A stretch of 64,000 bases of DNA, taken from assembly GCF_004010195.1 (NCBI RefSeq), contig NC_057718.1, positions 31,643,479 to 31,707,478 of the forward strand, in the 5' to 3' direction. Position numbers and translations under genes: made by a program. How positions within the stretch are numbered: position 1 is the stretch's first letter; each line of letters opens with the position of its first letter. The stretch is from Chiloscyllium plagiosum (Eukaryota). Positions 50,229-63,238 of this stretch are shown here, piece by piece. The notes below the pieces were generated by a model, which worked only from the letters and a program-made list of their open reading frames with translations, had not been told where the DNA came from and did not search any database.

Positions 50229-53200
50229 GTTTGTACTCTTACCTATATCTATCCAGCTATCACAGGACTTTGATTTGTTAACCTATTCTACCAGCTTCAA
50301 AGATTTATGCACAAGCATTCCCAGTTCAATTTTCTTATGCCTACTGTAACCATCGTATCATTTAACGTGTTCTATCACCTCATTCCTCTGACAAAAGTAT
50401 ATAGTATCTCACTTTCTGCACCGAATTTCACCTGCAATGTGTCAAACCTATTGATTTGTCTATGTCATCTTGAAGCCTATTACTGTCCTCTTCAATATCT
50501 TGTAATTTCATGTTTTTTTCTGCATTCCTTACAATACTGCGTATGCTTGCATCATTGACAAATTTGGACATATGGCTTTCTATTACATCATCTAGGTCCA
50601 AATATTTTCTACATTTAAATCCATTTGCCATAACTTTGTCTATTTAATGCACTGTTTTGTTGAATTGCTCACTGATAATGTACACAGTGGCAGAATAATA
50701 GTTTTCATATAAGCAATGCAAGTCAGAGTAATGCTTTTTAAACATCAATATGGAAGGTCGGTTATGCAAAGGATCTAAGCAATGTTAAGTAACAAAGATT
50801 CACTCTGATTTTGGAGATCATTCCATGGGGGCTTGTTTTTGTTTTAACTCAAAGGTATCTCAAGGAGACAATTTTGAAAACTGCTTTTTTATGGGATTCT
50901 ATGCATTTGCGAGAGAATGACAGTCAATTCTAAGGTTGATAGTAAAACTTTAAACTAATGCCATCACTGTTTGGTTTATTGCTGGTTTATGCTACAAAAC
51001 GAGGTCAGTAAACTCAGAATTTAGAGTGAGCGGAAAGTACAAATTCGAATCAGATTTGATTTTTTCTTCTAGAAAATTAAGCTTTATTTGTATTAGCAAG
51101 CACCATTATCAGTTGATTCCAGTTTGTCATTATGTTTGGGTTGGTAGGGAATCATTTAGGACAGAGTAACATACATGGTTTTGGAAGTGAAGACAAATGA
51201 TGTACAAAATATAAAATTCATGATTGCATGTGAATTTGAGAAAAATTTGGATGTGATAGTTTAATATGTACTTATAGTCCAAGTCATCGAAGGTAATTCT
51301 GGGAATGAGCTAAAAAATGAGTCTGGTTGAGTTGGTGCAATGCATCTGAAGAACGCATACACTACAGTCACAGGTCATTGGTGGTTAAGGTCTGGGCCAA
51401 TGGATGTGGGATCAATCAAATTCTTGTTCCCAGATGACAGAGTTTCATGACTATGGGTGGATTTGGTTCCAAATGGCCATTGCCTAGCAATTGTGTGGCA
51501 TGAATGTTACCTGACTAAACCTGGATGGTGTCTCGATGAAGCCACACACAGATGTAGACTGCATCATAATCAGGTGGGTTTGCAAAGGAAGCTGAACCCA
51601 GAGAAATTACTGGTAAACAGTTTCACTTCTGACTTTACAATGGAGGAGAGGTAAGTGATTAACGAGCTGAAGATAGTTTAGGCTAACTCCAAAAGACATA
51701 TTGGCATTACCAACTTTTTCCCTTGTGCCACATAGAGCTTAAGCATTGGAGCACATTCCCCAAATCATGATTGATTTCTGCTTTACAAGGCCCCGTTAGT
51801 GCCATTCACTTAATTGTTTCCTTGATTTCAAGGCCAGTTACCTCACCACGCCTCTGCAATACAGTTCACATCTATTTGAGTCATTGAGCACAGTAGTCCT
51901 GGCAGAACTGACTAGACATGTGTGTTAAATATTGAAAACAGGACTAATCAGAGGAACTATTAGTTTATGATTAGAGTCCCAAACTAAAAATTTATTTATA
52001 GGTAAATGCTACTGGTGGCAAAGTTGAAGATAAATTCAATGGTGATTAGGGATCAAATGATTGCATTTGATTTGGCCTCCTTTTTGATCAGAAGTCCCTC
52101 AAAATCATGTTCTTCTTGTGCCATCAGCCTGATGAGAGTTCTACAAGCAGATGGCACCTCTCCTGGTCCAGGAAACCTGTACCAAACTTTGTGTAGAGCA
52201 GGGATAATGGGCATGCCATATTTAGCAGTTATATGGTACTTCAGTAAAGACAGTTTTTACAACTTGAAATCCATTTTGAACTTTTCTAATTCTGAAATTC
52301 AAGAGGATGATTGCACACAAAAGCAAATACTTTAATTCTAATGCCATATAAAACATTCTTTCAAAATTAGAACGTGGCCACAGGCTGTGTTGTAGAAATT
52401 CACTGATCTGCATCATTTCCTAGTTTGCCACAACATAACAGATTAATGTTCCTGAAAATTATCCAAATAGTTAAAAGACTGAGAAGTCACTTGAGAAGTA
52501 CAAAATGAACATTACTGCAGGCAATTCCTGACTGTTACGCTAACTGAAATGTAGCCAATTAAATTCTACAGAACAAATTCACCATGTGAGAAAATTAAAT
52601 ACAGTAATAAAATTATATTTTCTGCTATTAAAATAAATTATATTAATATCCTGGTTTCCAAAATCATGCCCTGTGGTGAGTAATACAGTAAATGGGAAGT
52701 ATGTTTCAAGACAATCACAACCAATGAATCCCAATTATCCCATAAACTTTGCTGTAACTAGGCATATTTACTTTATTGCTAGTATACATTAATAGTTGTT
52801 TGATATTCACTGCAAACTGCTACCAACAGCATTGTCATTTCACAAACATGACCATCCATGAAAGGTGCCTACTCGATCTGATCAAAACTGCATAAATCGC
52901 ACAGAAAGTGAGATTTTATAGGTGCCAACACCGAAGTACCTTGCTGACTTGTCAGATTAGATTGCCAAAATCCAAATAATATACATGACAATCAGAGTCA
53001 ATGGCAAGTGATGGCTATAACTGTCAGCATTCACACTGTGTTCAGCAGCAAACAGTGAAATCAACATTACTGAAGATTTCTGTTGTCTTTGACTGTATAA
53101 GCCCCTAATTATCTGCAGGGTTTTGTTTAACTGTGATCTTGCCATTGGACAGACAGACTCAGGGCAAATAAGATTGTACCTCAATGTTCCATTGTTACTC

Positions 53201-53931
53201 CCTTCCACCCCAGCTTCAGTACCAATGTCAGGCCAATGTTTTACTCACGTTGTTCATTTTCTCCATAGACAGCTCAAGTTTAGATAAGAAAAAAATTGCC
53301 TTCAACCAATCCAAGAATGCAATATGAATCTTTCGCATGATCTATACAGAGACTTTTTTTGGGTTGGGGAGTAAAAAAAAAATCACTGAACCTGTAGCAT
53401 TGGGCAGAATTTTTACAGGTAAGGGGGGCAATTTTGGTTGCATGTGGGTGTTCAAATCCCCTGATTACTGATAGACCAGGATCCCATCATCTTGCCCATT
53501 TCCAGGTTTCAACTGGGAGGGTCTGAAGGTGAGCAGGAAACTACCATGTGACTTTCAGGTAATGTATTTAATTTTCAAATATGTCCTTACACTATTTCAA
53601 TAAAGGATTTCTTTTCAACAGCCAGTAGGAGCTAGCTGTCAGCAACTCAGCAGGGTTATTAGGGCAGAGCTTCTTCAGTGAAACAGACAGGTTAGAAAGT
53701 GTTTGATCAGGGAAACTGAAGAGTTGCACCATGCCCAGGTGGGCAACTGTTGTTCATAGCAAGTTTTCTCAGTGCTTTCACTTCACCTGCCTAGCATTTC
53801 AACCACCTTCAGTTGCACTGATTGGAGTGTATGAAGTTCTACCATGCATCTTTAATGAATAAGGGCAAATGTAACACCAACCAATAGTCAAGGCAGCAAA
53901 TGGCAAAAGGCTGAGTGGAGGAGAAGGCATA

Positions 53932-54145
53932 CAGGTCGTTCTGCTATAACACATGTTTCGTCAAGTGAATTCACTATAATGTGATTAATAAATTGGGAGC
54001 GCTGTTTCTAAAGTGCAAACTTTTAAAACGTGTTGGCTGTAACGCGATTACATTGCCAACACTAAGCGCCGTTTCTAAAACTCAATTTTTCTAAAACACA
54101 GGGTTGCACAAGAACATAACTATTGCATTATAGAAGAACTGACTG
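53932..54145. mobile_element. Tigger/pogo-like MITE
   Basis: TA-flanked; TIRs caggtcgttctgctataa / ttatagaagaactgactg; interrupts an old CR1. Confidence 0.75.
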
Positions 54146-54669
54146 TATCTTATAGCAATTATGCAGGGCCTTGACAAAACCACACCTGGAATACTGCGTG
54201 CAGTTTTGGTCTCCTTATATGAGGGAGGATTTTCTGGCAATAGAGGGTACACAGTGAAGATTTACCAGACTGATTCCTGGGAAGGCAGGAATCGGTTAGG
54301 ATTATGTTCGCTAGAACTCAGAATAACGAGGATAGATCTCACAGAAACCAATAAAATTCGAACAGAATCAGACAGAGTAAATGCAGGAAGGATGCGCCCA
54401 CTGACTGAGCACTACAGAATCAGAGGTCACAGTCAAAGGATTCAGGGTAAACCATTTAGGACTGAGATGAGGAGAAATTTCTTCATTCACAGAGTGGTGA
54501 CCTTGTGGAATTCGCTACCACAGAAAGCAGTCAAAGCCAAAACATGATATGATTTTTGAAGAGCAACATGATATAGTACTTGGGGCTAAAGAAATCAAAG
54601 GATATTGGGAAAAGGCCAGATTAGGCTGCTAAATTGGATGAGATTAGACGTGGTTAAGAAAAAGGCGGC

Positions 54670-55724
54670 GGCATATGTCAGATATAGATAGGATAGATCG
54701 AGTGAATCCTTGAAGAGTATAAAGGCAGTAGGAGTATACTTGAGAGGGAAATCAGGAGGGCAAAAAGGGGACATGAGATAGCTTTAGGAAATAGGGCTAA
54801 GGAGAATCCAAAGGGCATAAGGGGTATAAGTTCATACGTTTGCAGATGACACCAAAATTGGAGGTGTAGTGGACAGCGAAGAGGGTTACGTCAGATTACA
54901 ATGGGATCTTGATCAGACGGGCCAATGGGCTGAGAAGTGGCAGATGGAGTTTAATTCAGATAAATATGAGGTGCTGCATTTTGGGAAAGCAAATTTTAGC
55001 AGGACCTATACACTTAATGATAAGGTCCGAGGGAGTGTTGCTGAACAAAGAGGCCTTAGAGTGCAGGCTCCTTAAAGGTGGAGTCACAGGTAGATAGGAT
55101 AATGAAGAACGCGTTTGGTATGCTTTCCTTTCTTGGTCAGAGTGTTGAGTACAGGAGTTGTAAGGTCACGTAGTGGCTGTACAGGACATTGGTTCGGCCA
55201 CTGTTGGAATATTGCATGCAATTCTGGTCTCCTTCCTATTGGAAAGATGTGGTTAACCTTGAAAGGGTTCAGAAAAGATTTACAAGGATGTTGCCAGGGT
55301 TGGAGGATTTGAGTTATAGGAAGAGGCTGAACAGGCTGGGGCTGTTCTCCCTGGAGCGTCAGAGGCTGAAGGGTGACCTTAGAGATTTACAAAATCATGA
55401 GGGGCATGGATAGGATAAATAGACAAAGTCTTTTCCCTGGGGTGGGGGGGAGTCCAGAGCTAGAAGGCATAGGTTTAGGGTGAGAAAGGAAAGATATAAA
55501 AGAGACCTAAGGGGGAACTTTTTTATGCAGAAGGTAGTACGTATATGGAATGAGCTGCCAGAGGATGTGGTGGAGGCTAGTACAATTGCAACGTTTAAAA
55601 GGCATTTGGATGGGTATTTGAATAGGAAGCGTTTAGAGGGATATGGGCCAGGTGCTGGCAGGTGGGACTAGATTGGGTTGGGATATCTGGTCGGCATGGA
55701 CAGGTTGGAATCTATGACTCTATG
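54670..55724 (+). mobile_element. CR1/HER1-like LINE, 5'-truncated with an internal deletion (older CR1 at about 53860-54660)
   Basis: 54670-54810 matches the reverse complement of about 2385-2525, then jumps to FADDTK; tail ctatgactctatga. Confidence 0.9.
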
Positions 55725-56441
55725 AATAGCAAAGCAGACTCAAAGGGCCAAATGCCTGCGTCTACCCCTACTTTCTGTTTCTATCTAACAACAAGTCTGA
55801 CCAAAAGCAAGTGCAGGATTATCAACAGTGTCAGTTGCCTTCTCATTAGCTATATGCCATTCCATAGGGAGTGATTTGTTAAATTCACTTATGGCTTTGT
55901 TGGCTGGGCCAGAATTTATTGCCCACCCAGATTGCTCTTGTGAAAGAGAGATGAGTTGTCTTATTGGATTTCTGCAGTCCATTTGCTGTAAGTAAACCCA
56001 CAATGCTGTTAGGGTTGGAATTCTAGGTTTTTGACCCAGCAACAGTAAATTTCAAAGTCAGGATGGTTTGTGGCTTGGAGGGGAACTTTCAGGTGGTGGT
56101 GTTCCCATGTATCTGTTACCCATGGAAGGTGCAGTTTAACGAGTCTTGGAGAATTTCTTGGATGGTACACAGGCTGCTATTGAGCATTGTGGTGGATGGA
56201 GGGACTGAACTTTTGTTCAATCCATCTCCAAGCAGGCAAAACTCCCAAAACAGGATCAAGAGACAAACAAACAATCAGCACCTTATGAAGCTCTGGATTT
56301 CACTATTCATTGCTGATGTCTTCAGGTCGTCTGGAATGGGACTTGTTTCCCCATCAGTGAATTGGGCATACATTGACAATTCTGTCAGGATACGGTCACT
56401 GAAGGACCACCTGAGTTCTTGCAGTGTGTTAATTACTAATA

Positions 56442-56626
56442 TAGGTCGTTCTGCTATAACATGACAGTTGTGTGCCCCTGCAACCTGCGCTGCAGAAGAT
56501 TGCTAATAGAAAATCGCTATAACCATTCAGTAGAAAGTTCCCATCGTCCAAACAACGCCCACAATTTGTCAATCACATTATAGCCAATTTGCGCTGATGA
56601 AGCGTGCATTATAGCAGAATGCCCCG
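56442..56626. mobile_element. Tigger/pogo-like MITE, second copy
   Basis: TA-flanked; taggtcgttctgctataac / ttatagcagaatgccccg. Confidence 0.7.
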
Positions 56627-56694
56627 TACTCGGGTCGTTTGGTTCAGAGACAATGTTAAGACAATTCTGCCCATTGATTATGTTATTTCAAACA

Positions 56695-56975
56695 CAAGCA
56701 AAAACAAAAGTTGCTGGAAAAGCTCAGCAGGTCCGGCAGCATTTGTGCAGAGAAATCAGAGTTAACGTTTCAGGTCCAGTGACCCTTCCTCAGAACTTTT
56801 TTTTATTTTGCTCCACAAATGTTTCCAGGCCTGATGAGTATTTCCAGTATTTCCCTTTTTTGCCAACTGAAAACTATTCCATGAAGGGTCACGGAATCTG
56901 AAACATTAACTCTGCTTTCCTTCCACAGATGCTGCCAGAGCTGCTGAGATTTTCCAACAGCTTCCTGTCTTTGTG
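56695..56975. mobile_element. Cluster of Penelope-type termini of another subfamily with a minus-strand hammerhead core
   Basis: Minus strand reads agtt-CTGAGGA-a-gggtc actg gacct-GAAAC-GTT-aact; a diverged plus arm lies at 56875-56975. Confidence 0.75.
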
Positions 56976-59900
56976 GTTGAAAAGTCCCCCCCTTCCCCAG
57001 CATTTTTATCTCCTTTTTTTTAAGCCTGCACTGAAGGCCTCAAAAAACGTTTAAACTGCTATTTACTTTGCCCTTTTAAAAAAAAACTAATGTCACACAT
57101 CATTTTTTTTGTTCACGGTATTGTCCCTTTAATATTGGAGAAATCAAACACAGATTGGGTGACTATGATCACCTATGGCACCTCCATTCCATTCAACAAA
57201 AAATGTCTTTCATGGGATGTGTGTATCACTGGGATGACCAGCATTTGGTGCTAATCCCTACTCACCCTTGAATTAATGGATTCCTAAGCCATTTCAGAGG
57301 CTAGTTTAAAGTGGGCAATATTACCACATCCAAACCAAATCAGGTGAAGATAGCACATTTTCCTTCTTCTAAAGGAATTTAATAAAATAAATGGGTTTTT
57401 ATGACAACCAATGATAGTTTCTTTGCAACCACAGTGACCAGCATCACTGAGACGACCTACCAATTCTAGAACTATTAAGTGAATTCAAATTTCACCAGCT
57501 GCCTTGTCAGAGAACAATATCTTGGGCCTCTGGCTAACTATTACCACCAAGTAAACTGAAGGAAAAGCATCTCTATTTTTGAATATGGACATACACAGAC
57601 TCAACCAATTCAACCACTTCACTTAGTCTTTGATTTTTTTTAAATTTCAGTTTTTGCTAATGATATTGCTATTTCCATTTACACTTCAACTACACACCTA
57701 TTGTTCTTTGTTCCACTATAATGTTATAGCTTTCACAATTTTCATTTTCAACAATTCCACCTCCTGTCTTTATTCTAACACAGATCTTCTTGTCCATTCT
57801 GATCTCCCCTTACCATTTTCCCTGCCTGACCTACAAGCCATCACATATCTCAACTTTGAAGGAGGATATCCAATCTGAAACATTAACCTGGTTTCCCTCT
57901 CTACAGAACCTGTAAGACCTTTTGACTATATCCAAACTTTATTCTCGTGCTTTGACAATCCTTTTCCTGATCCTGGCGCAATATATTTTGAAAATTGCAA
58001 ACTTTATTTCAAGGATGGAAAGGCAGCTGAGAAGGCAAATAAAAATAAATCTAGAAATCTGAATGTTATGGTTGGGAGTTCAAAGCAGAAAATTCCTGAG
58101 TGGACCTTGAATTAGCTAACGATTCTCTAAAGGTTTGTGACCAATGCTGAGAAGGCTTAATTAAAGCTAGGAGGGCATTAGCTTTGGTAATGGGTCTCAT
58201 CAAAATGAAACAAGGCATGTCATTTTGGCCTTGTAAAACACATTATTTAGATTGTATTTTCAGTTTGCATTTATAGTGGCTTGTGATGAACTTTGTGATG
58301 AAAAATGTTCAGAACAAGCCAGAAGGTTTCCTGCTTAATCAGCTATAGTTATTCAAATTGGCTTAGAAAGTTGTCAATTCACTTCAGAGACGCAAAGACC
58401 TCAAGGTGATTTGATATTTGTGATTTGCCTGTCTTGCAACCTTTCGCTGCAATGCATGCAGGAGTAAAAAGTGATTTGTTCTTCGATTTTTTTCTTCTTG
58501 CCTATCAGAGAAATGCTTTCTTGCCACGTAAGTTAACATGGGCAGGAACCTACACCCTAGCAATACATGGCACATTCGAGGAAGTGAAACAAAGGACAAA
58601 AGTGTAGAGCATTGAGGTGATTTCATTTTACTGTGGTTTAGTTGGATTTTCACTTCACATGTACATTACACATAGTTCGTGTAAACTGTGAGCTTTTAAT
58701 TGTTTTAAGATAGTGTTCCTTTAAAGAAATTAAAAGTTACTAACCTATTGCTCATGAGTCATTCTTTACTACATAATCATTCCCAGCAAAGCTATTTAAA
58801 AAGCACGAATATCAAGTTCATCATATTAATGCAACTTGATATGCCATTACATCTCAACCACTGCACCAAGAGAATTCACAATAATGCAATGCAATCACTT
58901 CAAAAACAAAACATTAAAAACATTACTTGTGCTTTGCTTCACAGAATATGTGATTGATCAATACACAATTCCAAGTCACTAAGTCAAAAAAGGTTACCCA
59001 AAAGGCTCATCTACAACAGAATTAAAATGCACAGTCTGCAGTCTGATTGTTTGAAAGCAGTTGCTCATCCACACCCAGAATCAATTTAACAAATGTTTTA
59101 TATTTCTGTAGCTCTCCAAACTGCAATTTCTAAGAGTTAAGATCAGAAATCATGGTAAACTTCACAAAATAAATATTTTAAAGTCTGCAAAAAAAATTCT
59201 AAAGCAAAAAAAAACTGTCATTAACCTAGGTAGAGTTGTTCCATTCATAACAAATATGAATAGTATTGAAATTAAGACATAGGTTCACACAATGATTAGA
59301 AACAGAAGGTAGAAAAAATGTAAAATTCAGAAAAAAATTTAATCATTAACTGTAGCTAAATATGCTGTCACAAATACTGCATGAGAACATTGAAATAATT
59401 TGCCTTTTACTACACTTAATTGCTGACTACACTAGAATTCCTGTCATCTTAGCCTGCATTCCTGTAAATCGGTCGTTAAAAATAACCTACTAAAAACAAA
59501 CACATTTGGTCACAAGACCTCTTATAACTTAAAGTCTTAAGTCATCAAAGTCATTGACTCTGTCCTACAACATCCAATACTACTGTAATCTACAGACAGA
59601 ATTGGATTACTACCTTAAAATTACTCAAGGTGTTTGTTCAAAATCTATTCGTCTTGCACTGTGACTTCATTCTTTCTGAATTCTTTTTATGTCAATAAAC
59701 TTAACCAAATATAAAATATGAATATTTCCACATTAAAAACAGTATTAAAAGCAGCAGCATAAAATCAAACAGAAAATTTATTTTTATCTAGTTTTCAGAA
59801 AACATTTGAATCATCAATGGATATTGGCATTTTAAATCAATTACGGCCATATGTTATTATTTAAAAGTTGTATTTAGGTTGCAAAGTAACACACTGAGCC

Positions 59901-61801
59901 AACTGACTGAAACTAGGGAAAAGAATAGGGAAAAGAATAGGGAACCATCTTATAGGTCTTAAGAAGGATATTAAAATATTATACGAAATCTGTACAATTT
60001 ACTAAATGCGAAAAAAATGATCACATAAAACAGTGATGTTTTTCTTGCACAAATTAAAAACATAACTTCACAAAAATCAGAATCTCAGTTTTGACACAGG
60101 AGGTGGTCATTTTGTCCACTGTGTTTTCAAATGCCTTGCTCTCTGAATGAGCATTATGACTTGATGTCATTTTACTACCTCTTTTCCATAACTTCGCACA
60201 TTATGTGACTAGAAACAATCATGCAACGCTCTCTTGAATGCCTGGAATATACCTGAATCGACTTCATTTCCAAGCAGTATATTCCAGAGCCAAACTGCTC
60301 GTTGTGTGCAAAGGCTTTTTTCACAAATCGTATTTGCTACGTTTGCAAATTATTTAATATCTGTATGCTCTCATTCTTGGTCTTTTGAGTGGGAACACTT
60401 TCTCCTCAACTACTCCATCCTGATCTCTTTTGATTTTGTATACTTCTACCAGAATTCCTTTTAAATGCCTTCCCTCCAAGAAGAATATTACAACCGAATG
60501 GACAAGTTTTTGACTGCCATGAGGACCATGATCCAGCACACTCATCGTTGTTGCACATGCGCACAGACCTGCATTTCATCACTCTTGCCTTTCATGCTAA
60601 GCACCCATAACAAGATGAGAGGAGAAACAGGGACCTCATTCCAGTGCTTCTTCCTCTCAAGGAGGTATGGTGGTACCAGTAGTGACCCATAGGGAGAAGC
60701 AGCTTCTTCTCAGGATGCTCCAGAGGTACCTGGCTCCTCCAATTGCCCACTACACGAGATTGCAAATCCTGCAAGAAGCTCATGCTGAGGAGGATTTGCC
60801 TGCATCTGGGCGGTTCTCTGTAAGACCAGGTCTTTTGGGCCCAAACATTGCTGATGACAACCGCTCAAGTCTTCCAAGTCAACAAAGTAAATGAGCAGGC
60901 TTCCTCCACCCAGCAGTAGAAATTGGGAATGCACTTTGCCATATTGGGAGACAGGCGAAGAAAAAAAAACACTTACTGGAGGGCACTAAGGTGGCAAGGC
61001 TGAAATATAATCGTAAATAATCTTGTACTTTTGTAAATATATCTTCAATTGCACTTTTGAAATATATGCCCTCGTGTCTTTTTCATTGTTAGGTATAGTT
61101 AAGTTGCATATATGAGAGATGAGTAACTCCTACAGACACCCCAAGGATGTAAATATTTATAATAACCAAGCATTGTCTCTCACAGATAACTTCAGACATC
61201 AGGGATCCTTTAACCATGATGTTCAGCATTGCACCCAAGGTGTTACATTTTAGTGTGAACAACACTGATGCTAAATGCAATATGTAGTGACTGCGCTTAG
61301 GCGTGGCCTGTACACATCATTCCACAAATACATGCGCCTTGTGAACAAGAATACAAGATCACTGATGATTCCACACGTTCCATGTATTGACTTTTCGAGT
61401 GAGTGCACAGCCATTCAAAACTGGAAGACGTAGAATGTGCAGCTCACATGATCACTCTCCACCATGGTATTGTGGTGTCAAGAACAGTTGTACAAGCAGC
61501 GCTGCTTACAGGTTCAATGCTGTCCTGGAAGATGCCCAAGCATTTCAGGGCAACTTAGTAGTTGGCACATATTCTGAAACACTGAAGGGTCACCTATGAG
61601 GGAAAGGTAAAAAATAGACTCCTCAGAAATGCACTTGATCTTCTGGCTATCATAAAAGTCTTTGTTCCTTAACACCAGGATCTGATTTGCTGACTGAAGC
61701 CTCAGGGCTACGTAAACCTAGTGCCATGCAAAGTTAGTTCACAATCTCACTGAATACTGCTTTTTTCCGTAATAGTCAGTATACGTGAAAGTGGGATCAC
61801 T

Positions 61802-61875
61802 CATTCCTGATGAAGGGCTGACCAGCTGTGCTTTTCCAGCACCATGCTCTTTGACTCCGATCTCCACTTTCTCCT
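61802..61875 (+). mobile_element. Internally deleted Penelope terminus, no inversion
   Basis: cattcctgatgaagggc...tctccactttctcct; perfect 11-bp TSD gtgggatcact. Confidence 0.8.
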
Positions 61876-62282
61876 GTGGGATCACTATCAAGTATACAAT
61901 CAAATGGATAACAAGACTCTTACTCAGCAACATAAAAAGGTCAAGGACTGTAACAAAGGTCCGCATGTCCTTTGCACTAAGTAGGGTGTAATTTCAGATT
62001 GTGTAATTACTTAAGATTTTATTGGCAAATTCCAAACCGATCTGATTCATCTGGAAGCAAGTTTCAATGAGATTACCTCTAGCTTCTTGTCCTTGAAAAT
62101 GCATTGCTCTGTCATGGCCTCACCATCAATGTTCTGCTCTTTATCCTCAGTGGATTGCTGTCAATTCCCCATTTCATCTGCTTCTCCCACATCCTCCCTT
62201 TGCTAGCTCTAGTTGTGAAGGGTACAACATTCTACAAGGATGTAACACACACTTTTCTGTTTGATTGTGGACTGAAATGGGA

Positions 62283-63033
62283 TGTTATGAAGTTGAAGGC
62301 ATACACTGTATCTTCAAGAGAGAGCGGATGATATTTTGAACTGAGAGCTTATGTGTATGTGACTAGATGGCAGTCAGAGTGTAATGGAAAATTGAAAATA
62401 TGTAACGTTTGTCTGTGAAATGGATACCTGAGTTTTGGTTGCTGTTTTGACAACAATTTGAAATTAACCAAATCAGTTTAAATAATGCTCTGGGATACTA
62501 AAACCCAAGTTTGAATTTATTGTTTTGCCAACATCGAACCAATGAGGCGATCCGATGTTGGGGATAAAAAAGTGCAGACATTTTGAAAATTAGAGAGAGA
62601 GACCAACTGCCATTAACAGACCACAAGAAAACACTATCAAAGGTACCTTTTCACATGAAACATATTCGCAGTAAAAAGAAAGATGGCAACCCGGGGGATC
62701 TTCAGCCGCAAGAAGAAAGGCACTGAAGACGACAGCCGCTGTGTGGTTTTGAGATTAAGTTAATGTAATTTTAATAAGTATCTTATTGGAATAGCATATT
62801 GTTACAGAGTTGGAGGCAGGCAATAAGCAGTTAAGAGAAAGAGGGCTTAGAGTTGTGAATAGTTATTGTTTAATGTTCACTTTTAGAGTTAAAAAATAAA
62901 TTGATGTTATTTTCTATAAATAATGGAACTTGGGAGTTCTCTGGAACTTATATCTAAAGAGATTACGAGGCAAGATTAACTTTTCTGGGTGTTTTGTTTA
63001 ATTAACAGAAGGGTTCACCGCTGTGTTGTAACA
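62283..63033 (+). mobile_element. 5' LTR of a Gypsy-type LTR retrotransposon
   Basis: tgttatg...tgtaaca, followed by a degenerate tRNA-Pro primer-binding site tgggggcttgggtccagaat (63037-63056). Confidence 0.85.
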
Positions 63034-63238
63034 GTTTGGGGGCTTGGGTCCAGAATTTGGACAGGTTTAGACAGATCCAATCTGAGATTTGGATAGATTT
63101 CAACAGATTTGGGGTACAAAAGGTCCCAGCAGATTTAGACTCTTGCCAATTAGTATCCTAGACCTTTAAATAAAATATAGTTGAGACAATTTGTTTAATT
63201 TTTGTTACTTGTGATCGGATAAATTAAAAGTGAGGGGA

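Noticed and set aside
56831..56875. ctgatgag as another hammerhead core
   Set aside because: It is a mutated ctgctgag of the element tail, with no stem II or correctly placed GAAA.
59914..59944. 12-bp tandem repeat tagggaaaagaa (about 2.6 copies)
   Set aside because: Ordinary slippage duplication.
61500..61593. Possible SRBD1 exon after a minus-strand acceptor
   Set aside because: All three frames hit stops early and none resembles SRBD1.
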